In this document: positions 49,606 through 58,564 of the stretch, one piece after another
Layout: each line of letters opens with the position of its first letter
How positions within the stretch are numbered: position 1 is the stretch's first letter
Assembly (NCBI GenBank): GCA_002423545.1
Contig: DIWP01000001.1
Span: forward strand, 25,171 to 89,170
DNA from: Thermoleophilia bacterium UBA6103
Lineage (GTDB): Bacteria; Actinomycetota; Thermoleophilia; UBA2241
DNA length: 64,000 nucleotides
Direction of reading: 5' to 3'
The notes under the pieces: generated by a model
Told to the model about the DNA's origin: nothing
The model's input: the letters and a program-made list of their open reading frames with translations, nothing else
Databases searched by the model: none
Made by a program: the position numbers and the translations under genes

Positions 49606-51055
49606 CCTGGGACCCGGGGCGAGCGAGGCGCCGTCCTCGGGCGTCTCGCGCTACCGCTTCGTCATCCTCGCGGTCGTCTGGCTGTCCTACGTGATGGTCT
49701 TTCTCGCCAGGCTGAGCGTCGGCCCCCTGTCGCCGTACCTCAAGTCCTCGTTCGAACTGTCGCTGGCGCAGGTGGGGGGTCTCATGGGGGCGACCGCCGT
49801 CGCCTACGCGCCGACGCTCATCGTCGCCGGATGGCTCGTAGATCGCGTCGGGGTACGCCGCATGCTCGTGGCCGGCACGTTCATCACCGGGATCTGCGTG
49901 GGTGCGATGTCCCTGGCGCCGTCGTATGCGTGGCTGCTGGCGTTGCTGGCGATCTCGGGGTTGGGCGCCGGATGCATCTACCCTTGTGCGGTCAAGGCGG
50001 TGATGACGTGGTTCCCGCTGCGCGAGCGCGCCACCGCGATCGGCTTCAATCAGACGGGGGTGAACCTGAGCGGCATCGTCGGCGCCGCGACTCTGCCGAC
50101 CGTGGCCGAGCGTTACGGCTGGCAGTACGGCTTCCTGGCCGTCGGTGCCCTCGGGCTCGTCATCTGCCTGCTGGCGGCGGTGCTCTACCGGGACCGCGAG
50201 CAGCCGCTGCCGGCCCTGGGACCGGTGGCTCCGCGGCGGGGGGCCACGCCGGCCGGCGGGTCGCAGGTGACGGCACCGGCCGGCCGGTCGCTGTCGCCAC
50301 CGGGCGCGGGCGCACAGACGATCGCTCGCGACACGTGGACGGCCGGCAGCTCCGCCTCCTTCGACTGTCCGCTGACGGCGGACGGCCCGGCCGCCGGATC
50401 GCCTGGATCGACCTCCGGTTCGCAGTCCGTCACGCGCCGGCTTCTCGCCTCCCGGGACATCTGGATCCTCGGCGTGGCCGGACTCTTCCTCGGCGTCGTC
50501 GAGTTCTCCGGTCTGGCGCATCTGGTCGTCTATCTGCAGGAAGAGTGGCTGTACACGGCGGTAGCGGCCGGCGGCCTGCTGGCGCTCTGTGAGGCAGCCG
50601 GCGGCGTCGCCAAGCCGGCCAGCGGCGTCATCAGCGACCGTCTGCTGGGCGGACGCCGTCGCCCGGCGCTGCTGGTGCTTTGCGCGCTGGCGGCGGCAAG
50701 CTGCCTGGCGCTCGCCCTGGCCGGTCCGGCGCTCGGCTGGCTGCTCTACGTCGTACTGGCGCTGTTCGGCGTCGCCGCGGTCGGCTGGGGCGGCCTCTTC
50801 GGCACGACTGCCGGGGAGCTGGGTGGCCGGCCGGCGGCCGGCGTCGCGGCCGGCCTCACCGCCGCCATCGTCAACGTCGGCATCCTCTTCGGACCTCCGG
50901 TCTTCGGCGCCATCGTCGACGCCACAGGCAGCTACGGGACGGCCTGGCTGGCCATGACCGTTGCCGCAGTGGCGGCGCTCGTCTGCATCGCTCTCGTCCG
51001 CGAGCCGAGCTGTCACACCATGAGCCTCTCGCCGGAGAGCCTCAGCGAGACTTGA
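49595..51055 (+). CDS. MFS transporter
   Basis: 12-TM MFS, overlaps the preceding gene by 11 nt; [25 protein letters not shown] motifs. Confidence 0.8.
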   Translation: MSSDLGPGASEAPSSGVSRYRFVILAVVWLSYVMVFLARLSVGPLSPYLKSSFELSLAQVGGLMGATAVAYAPTLIVAGWLVDRVGVRRMLVAGTFITGICVGAMSLAPSYAWLLALLAISGLGAGCIYPCAVKAVMTWFPLRERATAIGFNQTGVNLSGIVGAATLPTVAERYGWQYGFLAVGALGLVICLLAAVLYRDREQPLPALGPVAPRRGATPAGGSQVTAPAGRSLSPPGAGAQTIARDTWTAGSSASFDCPLTADGPAAGSPGSTSGSQSVTRRLLASRDIWILGVAGLFLGVVEFSGLAHLVVYLQEEWLYTAVAAGGLLALCEAAGGVAKPASGVISDRLLGGRRRPALLVLCALAAASCLALALAGPALGWLLYVVLALFGVAAVGWGGLFGTTAGELGGRPAAGVAAGLTAAIVNVGILFGPPVFGAIVDATGSYGTAWLAMTVAAVAALVCIALVREPSCHTMSLSPESLSET

Positions 51056-51182
51056 GCCGTGGTGTGCATGTCCCGCGGACCGGGCACACCATGAGCACGG
51101 AGCACCGGCGCAGGACGCCGGGATGCATGGGAGACGAGCGCGTCGGCGGCCGACGTCGCCGCGCGGCGAGAAAGGCACTATC

Positions 51183-51713
51183 GTGATCGGCAGGAAGGCA
51201 CGCAGGAGCGGCGACCGGGAGCGGCGAGAGGACTTGCCCAGTGCGGAGGAGCTGCGACAGAGGCTCACGGAGCTGCAGTACGCGGTGACCCAGCAGGACG
51301 GTACCGAGCCGCCGTTCGACAACGAGTACTGGGACGAGCATCACGACGGCATCTACGTCGACGTGGTGTCCGGCGAGCCGCTCTTCAGCTCGCACGACAA
51401 GTACGACTCCGGCACCGGCTGGCCGAGCTTCTCGCGACCGGTCCGTCCGCAGGCGGTCACCACTCGCACCGACTTCAAGCTGCTGTACCCACGCACCGAG
51501 GTCCGCAGCGCCGACGCCGATTCGCATCTGGGGCACCTGTTCCGCGACGGTCCGCAGCCGTCCGGCGAGCGCTACTGCATGAACTCCGCCGCCTTGCGGT
51601 TCATCCCCAGGGAGCACCTGGAGCGCGAAGGCTACGGCGAATACCTGGCTCTGTTCGAGCGTGTGGCGGGTGACGATGCCGATCGCTGTGAGGCCGGCGA
51701 CGAGGATCGCTGA
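51183..51713 (+). CDS. msrB: peptide-methionine (R)-S-oxide reductase MsrB
   Basis: GTG start (alternative ATG at 51123). [57 protein letters not shown] (CxxC...RxCxN SelR signature). Confidence 0.85.
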   Translation: MIGRKARRSGDRERREDLPSAEELRQRLTELQYAVTQQDGTEPPFDNEYWDEHHDGIYVDVVSGEPLFSSHDKYDSGTGWPSFSRPVRPQAVTTRTDFKLLYPRTEVRSADADSHLGHLFRDGPQPSGERYCMNSAALRFIPREHLEREGYGEYLALFERVAGDDADRCEAGDEDR

Positions 51714-51778
51714 ACCGCCAGGCAACGGTCTCTCGACCGGCCCGGCCCCTCGCGAGCGCGCGACCCGAAGGGCGCCGC

Positions 51779-52149
51779 CTACAGCGCCGCGCCGACGATC
51801 AGCAGGACGGCCGCGGACGTGTCGGTGGTCGCCGGCGGGATCGAGCGCGGTCCGGAGGGGGGCCGGTGGGACGCGAGCCTGACGATTGCAGAGAGCAGCA
51901 GGAGGGCGGCCGAGACGTAGCAGGCCGTCCGTACCGCGCCCGGCTCGACGCCGTCGGGCAGCACGAGCACCACGATCAGGATAGCGAGGAACGACCCGAC
52001 AAGGATCTCCCCGAGCAGGGCCCGCGTCAGAGTCGCGCGGTTGCCCGGCGTCAGGACGCCGAAGCGTTGCAGAGAGGCGGGCAGGCGGACCAGTCGGAGC
52101 AGCGCCGAGAGTGCGAGCAGGCCGGCGGCGATGTAGACGAGGAGAGGCA
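51779..52149 (-). CDS. small hypothetical membrane protein (3-4 TM)
   Basis: Probable GTG start after GAGGTGG; LLVYIAAGLLALSALL..., ILVGSFLAILIVVLVL..., YVSAALLLLSAIV... Confidence 0.35.
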
Positions 52150-52167
52150 CGCCGGCCGACCGCCACC

Positions 52168-52401
52168 TCAGGTGACGGCGCGCATGAAGTCGTCGTCGGT
52201 AGGCGGCGGCGCTGCCCGCCACGGCTGTCGTCCGTAGACCCGCTCGTACGAGCGGCAGTTCGGGCAGACAAAACGACCGATGTGGACGACGTACCAGCGC
52301 GTGAGGCTGCGCGGCCTGGTCCGTGCCCGCGCGCAGGTGGCACAGCGCGCGCAACGCTCAGCCCGCAGGCGATCGCCCTCCGTGACCCTCCTGAACCCCA
52401 T
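52168..52401 (-). CDS. small zinc-ribbon protein (77 aa)
   Basis: MGFRRVTEGDRLRAERCARCATCAR...FVCPNCRSY: two CxxC pairs. Upstream of and adjacent to a small membrane protein gene. Confidence 0.35.
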   Translation of the reverse strand: MGFRRVTEGDRLRAERCARCATCARARTRPRSLTRWYVVHIGRFVCPNCRSYERVYGRQPWRAAPPPTDDDFMRAVT

Positions 52402-52530
52402 GGTCGCCTCCGACTGAGAAGTCGTATCCTTCCCCGGCGGCGCGATCGTGTGCCGCTCCCCGAATGTCGCCGGGAACGGTGGCAATGCTCTGTAACCGGC
52501 GTGAACCGCCGGTCAGGACGTGATGAGCTG

Positions 52531-53865
52531 TCAGTGAGAAGGCGACGTTGCGCGCTCCCTGGCGGCGGCCTTCGGGTCTCCGGAGGGTCCGGATGGGCCG
52601 CCGTCCGGACCATGGGGCGGTGCGGAGCCGACGCGGTGGTCCTCTGGCGATCGTGCCTGCATGCCGCGCACGCTCGGCACCAGGAACACCCAGCCGGCCG
52701 CCAGCACGCCGAGTCCGGCGGCCAGTGCGCAGGCCGTACGCACGCCGACGGCGTCGGCGAGGGGACCGGCGATCGCCAGGCCGGCCGGCCAGAGCGCCAT
52801 CGATGCCATCCAATCCCAGGCGGTGACGCGGGAGAGGGCTTCTTCGGGGATCTCCCGCTGCAAGGTGGTCATCCAGACGGCGACCAGCACACCGACGGCG
52901 ACGCCGCGGCCGGCCTGCACCAGCACGAGCGGCAGGGCGCCACCGCCGACCGCGAGCACGAACGGCGCCGCGGCGGCCGTGGCGCCGGTCAGAGCCACCA
53001 CGAGCATGGGGTGACGGGGACTGTAGCGCAGGGCGACGATGCTGCCGACGATCATGCCGGCGCTGAGCGCGGCCATCGCGAGGCCCCAGGCGCCGGCGCC
53101 CTGGCCGAGCGCGCGCAGCGCCAGCGGGCCGAGCACCTGGAACGGCGCCACCACGATGAACAGCACCAGCATGGCGCGCAGCAGCATGACCCAGAGCCAC
53201 GTGCGTGAACGGACTTCGCGCCAGCCGGCCAGGAGCTCGCCGACGAAGCTGCGCTGGACTGTGACGCGCGCACGGGGCGGCACGCGCAGACTGAGCAGGA
53301 AGCCGATGCTGGCGAGGAACGTCCCGGCGTCAAGAGCGATCGCCACGCCGGGGCCGACGCCCGCCACCATCAGGCCGGCCAGGGCGGGGCCGACGAACCA
53401 GCCGGCGTTCTCGGAGAGGCCCAGGAGCGCGTTGGCCTGCTGCAGCTTGACGGCCGGCACGATCTGCGGGACCAGGCCGCCCAGCGCCGGGCGAAAGAAC
53501 GCCTCGGCGGCTCCGTAGGCGGCGCCGACCAGCGCCAGGCTCCAGATCTGTGCCCAGCCGCCGATCAGCAGCGCGGCCGCCGTGGCGACGACGAGCATCC
53601 GGACGACGTCGGAGGCGATCATGACCCACTCGCGACGCAGACGGTCGGCCCAGACGCCGCCGACCAGCGCGAAGGCGACCAGCCCGAAGCTCTGGGCTGC
53701 CAGAACCAGGCCGAGGTCGGTCGCCGAGCCGGTCAGGTCCAGCACGGCGTAGGTGATGGCGATCGGCGTGATGCCGTCGCCGATCACCGATACCGACTGA
53801 CCGAGGAACAGGCGCAGGAAGTCGCGCTCGCGGAGGACCGCAAGGTCGGAGAGCCACCGTCTCAC
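52531..53865 (-). CDS. MFS transporter (EntS-like; paralog of 13909-15162)
   Basis: GTG start; LRERDFLRLFLGQSVSVIGDGI, GGVWADRLRRE; 12 TM. Confidence 0.8.
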   Translation of the reverse strand: MRRWLSDLAVLRERDFLRLFLGQSVSVIGDGITPIAITYAVLDLTGSATDLGLVLAAQSFGLVAFALVGGVWADRLRREWVMIASDVVRMLVVATAAALLIGGWAQIWSLALVGAAYGAAEAFFRPALGGLVPQIVPAVKLQQANALLGLSENAGWFVGPALAGLMVAGVGPGVAIALDAGTFLASIGFLLSLRVPPRARVTVQRSFVGELLAGWREVRSRTWLWVMLLRAMLVLFIVVAPFQVLGPLALRALGQGAGAWGLAMAALSAGMIVGSIVALRYSPRHPMLVVALTGATAAAAPFVLAVGGGALPLVLVQAGRGVAVGVLVAVWMTTLQREIPEEALSRVTAWDWMASMALWPAGLAIAGPLADAVGVRTACALAAGLGVLAAGWVFLVPSVRGMQARSPEDHRVGSAPPHGPDGGPSGPSGDPKAAARERATSPSH

Positions 53866-53871
53866 GAGCGG

Positions 53872-54858
53872 TCAGCTGTCGGTCGGCGGCACGGGAGCTC
53901 GGGCGCCGTGCGACGCGAGGGCCGCCGGCACGTGCTGCTCCAGGGCCGTCAGATGCGGCATCTCGACACCCAGCTCGCGCCCGGTCGCGACGACGTCGAG
54001 GAAGACCTGCGCGCGATCCGGGTGCCGGTCGTAGAGCTCGATCATGCGCTCTGCCACCTGGTTGCGCTTCAGCGTCGCCGGGATGAGGCGGGAGGCGAGG
54101 CGGCTCGAGAGGTAGAAGGGCATGACCTCCCGGAAGGCGCGCACGTCCACGCCCAGGCGTTCGCAGACCAGCAGCGCATCGCGGACGGCCAGGACGGCCT
54201 GACGCATGGAGGCGGGATCGCGTTCGAGCCGATCGATCCCGCCCGACTTGAAGCTCGCGCCGATGAGCCCGGCGGCGATGGCGAACACCACCTGAGACCA
54301 GTGCTCCATCTCATGACGAACGCGGGGCTTGAGGTCTGCCGACGCGAGAGCGACTGTCACCCGGTCCAGAGGGTCCGACGCAGAGGCGGTGAGGGAGCCT
54401 ACCGCGACGGCCGGGAGCAGGGCCGCCTGCAGGGAGCGTCCGTCGGGAGAGAGCGTCCCGCCGGCCGCGGGCATGCCCCACACATACTGGGACCGAGGCA
54501 GGGCGGCATCGACGTCGTGGGCGCCGGTCCAGAGGCTCATCAGGAACAGGACCGGCGCGTCGGCGGCCAGGTCGGCCACCTGTGGGAGCGCCGCCGGCAG
54601 CTCGTTGTGCGTGACGCTGACCAGCATCAGTTCGTGACCTGGGAGCGGGTCGCCATGCATCATGACCCGCGGCGCGTACCTCTCGCGGCGCGTGACAGCC
54701 GGCCGGTGGCGGCCGTCAAGGACATCCAGCGCCAGGCCGTCGGTGAGTTCGGCGGCCCGGCGCCGCCGGACGAAGTGTGTGACCTCATGGCCGGCTTCGG
54801 TGAGCACCCATCCGTAGAGGCTGCCCATGGCACCGGCGCCGAACACGAGGATCCTCAT
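53872..54858 (-). CDS. 2-dehydropantoate 2-reductase family (ApbA/PanE-like) NAD(P)-dependent oxidoreductase
   Basis: MRILVFGAGAMGSLYG (N-terminal Rossmann GxGxxG). Size and layout typical of the ketopantoate reductase family. Confidence 0.7.
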   Translation of the reverse strand: MRILVFGAGAMGSLYGWVLTEAGHEVTHFVRRRRAAELTDGLALDVLDGRHRPAVTRRERYAPRVMMHGDPLPGHELMLVSVTHNELPAALPQVADLAADAPVLFLMSLWTGAHDVDAALPRSQYVWGMPAAGGTLSPDGRSLQAALLPAVAVGSLTASASDPLDRVTVALASADLKPRVRHEMEHWSQVVFAIAAGLIGASFKSGGIDRLERDPASMRQAVLAVRDALLVCERLGVDVRAFREVMPFYLSSRLASRLIPATLKRNQVAERMIELYDRHPDRAQVFLDVVATGRELGVEMPHLTALEQHVPAALASHGARAPVPPTDS

Positions 54859-55049
54859 CGTCCCTCCACCTGCGTGGTCTTCTGTGGATGGTCTTCACAG
54901 TAGGGTGATAGTGTACCTTCCCCCCGGACAAGCGCTGCCCGGTGAGGAGGCGGCCGTCGGCCGCCGACACGAGTGAGCTCGGGGCCGAGATGCCGGTGCC
55001 TGCGGGCGGTCTGCACGGTACAGGCGGCCCAGGATCGGGGTGAGGCGTC

Positions 55050-55763
55050 GTGGAACAGCACGCGACCGTGCCAAGCGCGGACGGCGCCGATCCGGTACGG
55101 ATCGGTGTGCTGTCGGACACACACGGCCGGGTCGATCCGGCGGTCCTGAGCGCCTTTGCCGGCGTGACCCACATCATCCACGCCGGCGACGTCGGCAAGC
55201 GCAGCGTCCTTCGCCGTCTTGAGGCGGTCGCACCGGTCACCGCCGTGGCCGGCAACGCCGACAGCGGCCGGCTGGCAAAGGAGCTCCCGGCTCAGGCGAT
55301 GGGCGAGGCCGGCGGTGTCCGCTTCCTCGTCGCCCACAAGCCCAAGCAGCTCAAGAAGCTCCTGCGCCGTGGCGTCCCGGAGGGTGTCGATCTGATCGTC
55401 ACCGGACATCTCCACGAGCCTTCGGCGGCGTGGGAAGACGGCGCCCTGCATCTCAACCCCGGCACCGCCAGCGCGCCGGAGGAAGGCGACCCCGCGCCGA
55501 CCATCGCCGTGGTGAGCCGCTTCGGCGACAGCCTGTCGGTGACGTTCATCCCCGTGCTGCCCGGCCGGGAAGACGGCGGTGCGCAGCCGGCAGGGTCCGC
55601 CGCCGAAGATGCCCGGCGGGACGAGAAGGGAACGCACCCGGTATCCGTCGCCGATGTACAAGGCGACGATGTCGTGCCGGCGCACGGAGAGACCGCCGTC
55701 ACGGGCCCTGCCGCCACCGGTCCGGCCGCCGCCGTTTCAGCCGCCGCCGGCGCGGTCACGTAG
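55050..55763 (+). CDS. metallophosphoesterase (YfcE / MJ0936-like phosphodiesterase)
   Basis: RIGVLSDTHGR, HAGDVG, GNAD, VTGHLHEP metallophosphatase motifs. Ala/Pro-rich C-terminal tail. GTG start. Confidence 0.75.
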   Translation: MEQHATVPSADGADPVRIGVLSDTHGRVDPAVLSAFAGVTHIIHAGDVGKRSVLRRLEAVAPVTAVAGNADSGRLAKELPAQAMGEAGGVRFLVAHKPKQLKKLLRRGVPEGVDLIVTGHLHEPSAAWEDGALHLNPGTASAPEEGDPAPTIAVVSRFGDSLSVTFIPVLPGREDGGAQPAGSAAEDARRDEKGTHPVSVADVQGDDVVPAHGETAVTGPAATGPAAAVSAAAGAVT

Positions 55764-55962
55764 CGGGCCGCTTCGACCCGTCGGTCTCGGGTCACCGCTC
55801 CAGCTCGAGCCGCTCGCCTACTCTCGTCCGCAGGTCGGTGATGTCCTGCATCGTCTCGTGCCGGGCACAGAGTGTGCGGCACGCGGTATCATCGCTCGAA
55901 CCCGCCGCAGCGCTCCGGTGCCCGGGTGCGCACTCCGCGACGGACCGATCGAGGCGCATGTC

Positions 55963-56913
55963 ATGAGCACGTCCGGACAGACCGGCCACGAGTCGACCAT
56001 CGCCGTCGTGGCCGCCATCGTCGGCAATCTGGCCATCGCCGTCGTCAAGTTCATCGCCGCGGCACTCACCGGCAGCTCGGCCATGATCTCCGAGGGTATC
56101 CACTCGGTGGTCGACACCGGCAACGGCGGCCTGCTGCTGCTCGGCATCCGCAAGGCCGGCCGGCCGGCCGACGGCTCGCACCCGTTCGGCTACGGCAAGG
56201 AGCTCTACTTCTGGAGCCTGATCGTCGCCATCAGCATCTTCGGCATCGGTGGCGGCATGTCGATCTACGAAGGCATCCTGCACATCCAGCACCCCAGCCC
56301 GCTCAAGGATCCGCTCATCAACTACATCGTCCTCGGCGTCGCCATGCTGTTCGAGGCCGGTTCGTTCACAGTGGCCTACCGGCAGTTCCGCAAGGTCAAG
56401 GGTTCGCGCAGCACCATCCGCGCCGTGCACGAGGGCAAGGACCCGAGCATGTTCACGGTCGTCTTCGAGGACACCGCCGCCCTGCTCGGCCTCATCATCG
56501 CGTTCTTCGGCGTGCTGCTCGGTCACGAGCTGGAGAACCCCTACTTCGACGGCGGCGCGTCGGTGCTCATCGGCGTGCTGCTGTGCAGCGTGGCCGTGTG
56601 GCTGGCGGCGGAGAGCAAGGCGCTGCTCGTCGGTGAGAGCGCCGACCCCGAGACGGTGAGCGCGTTCCGGTGCGTCGCGCTGGAGGAACCGGACGTGCAG
56701 CGCGTCGGCGACACACTCACGATGCATCTGGGCCCGCGCGACGTGCTGCTCAATGTGGGCATCGAGTTCGCTCCCGGCACCACCGTTGAAGCGGCGCACG
56801 CCGCCATCCACCGCATCGAGCGCCGCCTGGCCGACGACCACCCGGAGGTCAGACGGGTGTTCATCGAGGTGGAGCAGTTCGACGAGGACGGACGGGTGAT
56901 GGACCCGTCGTGA
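55963..56913 (+). CDS. cation diffusion facilitator (CDF) family metal efflux transporter
   Basis: Start MSTSGQTGHESTIAVVAAIVGNLAIAVVKF; SAMISEGIHSVVDTGN (TM2 HxxxD metal site); C-terminal cytoplasmic domain. Confidence 0.85.
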   Translation: MSTSGQTGHESTIAVVAAIVGNLAIAVVKFIAAALTGSSAMISEGIHSVVDTGNGGLLLLGIRKAGRPADGSHPFGYGKELYFWSLIVAISIFGIGGGMSIYEGILHIQHPSPLKDPLINYIVLGVAMLFEAGSFTVAYRQFRKVKGSRSTIRAVHEGKDPSMFTVVFEDTAALLGLIIAFFGVLLGHELENPYFDGGASVLIGVLLCSVAVWLAAESKALLVGESADPETVSAFRCVALEEPDVQRVGDTLTMHLGPRDVLLNVGIEFAPGTTVEAAHAAIHRIERRLADDHPEVRRVFIEVEQFDEDGRVMDPS

Positions 56914-56950
56914 CACCTCAGGTCATGGTCGAGCAGGAGGAGGAGTCACC

Positions 56951-57412
56951 ATGTACGAGGTCGCCGTCAAGGAGGTGCCTGAGCAGCCGGTCCTGAGGGT
57001 GCGCAGGCAGACCACGATGGATGGCGTCGGCGACGCCATGGGCGAGGCGTTCGACGCGATCATGGGCTACATGGGCCGGGCCGGGATCGCCTGGGCCGGA
57101 CCGCCCCTCTGTCTGTACTCGGAGGATTTCGATCCCGAGGCAGGCGGCGAGATGCAGGTCTGCATGCCGGTGGCGCCGGGCACGGCAGGCGAAGGCGCCG
57201 TCGAGGCCGCGGTGCTGCCCGGTGGCCGCATGGCGAGCACGATGCACCGCGGTCCCTACGACGCGCTGGGCCAGGCCTATGCGGCCGTCTTCGGCTGGAT
57301 GGAGGAGCACGGACACCGTCCGGCCGGACCGTTGCGCGACGTCTATCTGACCGACCCGGAGCACACGCCGCCGGAGGAGTACCTTACCGAGGTGCTCTGG
57401 CCGATCGCCTGA
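56951..57412 (+). CDS. GyrI-like / AraC effector-binding-domain small-molecule-binding protein
   Basis: Strong RBS GGAGGAGGAG. 153 aa with the GyrI-like fold pattern (…LPGGRMASTMHRGPYDALGQAY…). Confidence 0.65.
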   Translation: MYEVAVKEVPEQPVLRVRRQTTMDGVGDAMGEAFDAIMGYMGRAGIAWAGPPLCLYSEDFDPEAGGEMQVCMPVAPGTAGEGAVEAAVLPGGRMASTMHRGPYDALGQAYAAVFGWMEEHGHRPAGPLRDVYLTDPEHTPPEEYLTEVLWPIA

Positions 57413-57442
57413 GGCCGCGCCCGCTTCGGGTCGCGGCTGCGC

Positions 57443-58468
57443 TCATGTGGCGCAGTGTCCGGCGACGCAGAGCCGTGGATGCTGCTGGGTGACGCAGTGC
57501 ACACCGCCGTCGGAGCGTGCCAGCGGCCAGCCGTCCACGGTCAGCACCTGGTGGGACGGGAAGGCGGCGCCGATGGACGCCACGGCCGGCCCATCCATGG
57601 CATCGCCGAACACCGGCATCACGATGCCCCCGTTGGCGATGTAGAAGTTGATGTACGAGGGCGAGAGCACGCGACCGGCGTACTCCCGCCGCAGCGGCTG
57701 ACGTACAGGTACGACCTGGAGGCGACGACCCCGAGCGTCGCGAGCCGTCCGCAGTCGTTCGAGGTTCTCCTGCAGACAGCCGTACTGGCTGTCGGCGGGA
57801 TCATCTTCGGCGAGCGCCAGTACCGTCGCTCGCCCGGCGAAACAGGCGAGGTTGTCGACGTGGCCGCCGGTGTTGTCGGCATCGAGGCGTCCGGTCAGCC
57901 AGATGACCTTGCGCGCGCCCAGGCAGTCGCACAGCAGCCTTTCTGCCTCCGCGCGCTCCAAGCCGGGATTGCGGCACGGGTCCAGTACCACCTCTTCGGT
58001 GGTCAGGACGGTACCCTCCCCATCGACATGCAGGGCACCGCCTTCCAGTGTGAGACCGGCGACGAGGTGGCGAGCTCCGGTGAGAGAGCAGACTCGCCGG
58101 GCCATCTGCGCGGTCTGTGCGTACTCCCGGTAGATGCCGCCGTAGGCGTTGAATCGCCAGTCGATGCCCACCAGCCGGCGTCGGTCGCCGAAGACGAACG
58201 TCGGCGCCGTGTCGCGTGTCCACGAGTCGTCGATCGGCAAAGGCACGAGCGTGACCGGCCACGTCGTCTGATCGCAGGTCTTCGTCAGCAGCTTGCGGGC
58301 CTGGGTCACAAGGTCCGGCGACACGATCAGGCGCACGGGCTCGAACCGGGCCACCGCGGCGGCGATGGACACGGTCGCGCGGCGCGCCTCGTCCAGATCC
58401 CAGGCGGGCAGGGGCCGACACGGCCAGGCCATCCAGCAGCAGTCGTGCGCCTCCCACTCGGCGGGCAT
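57443..58468 (-). CDS. aguA: agmatine deiminase (AguA; porphyranyl/peptidyl-arginine deiminase family)
   Basis: Start MPAEWEAHDCCWMAWP; DDSWTRDTAP; C-terminal GGVHCVTQQ catalytic Cys context. Confidence 0.8.
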   Translation of the reverse strand: MPAEWEAHDCCWMAWPCRPLPAWDLDEARRATVSIAAAVARFEPVRLIVSPDLVTQARKLLTKTCDQTTWPVTLVPLPIDDSWTRDTAPTFVFGDRRRLVGIDWRFNAYGGIYREYAQTAQMARRVCSLTGARHLVAGLTLEGGALHVDGEGTVLTTEEVVLDPCRNPGLERAEAERLLCDCLGARKVIWLTGRLDADNTGGHVDNLACFAGRATVLALAEDDPADSQYGCLQENLERLRTARDARGRRLQVVPVRQPLRREYAGRVLSPSYINFYIANGGIVMPVFGDAMDGPAVASIGAAFPSHQVLTVDGWPLARSDGGVHCVTQQHPRLCVAGHCAT

Positions 58469-58564
58469 GCGCAGACCCGACACGGCAAGCGATCGATCAG
58501 GCGGCACGGATGGCCTGCGGCACTCCACGGGGATCGTCCGGCTCGGACGGGGACGGCGTCGCCC

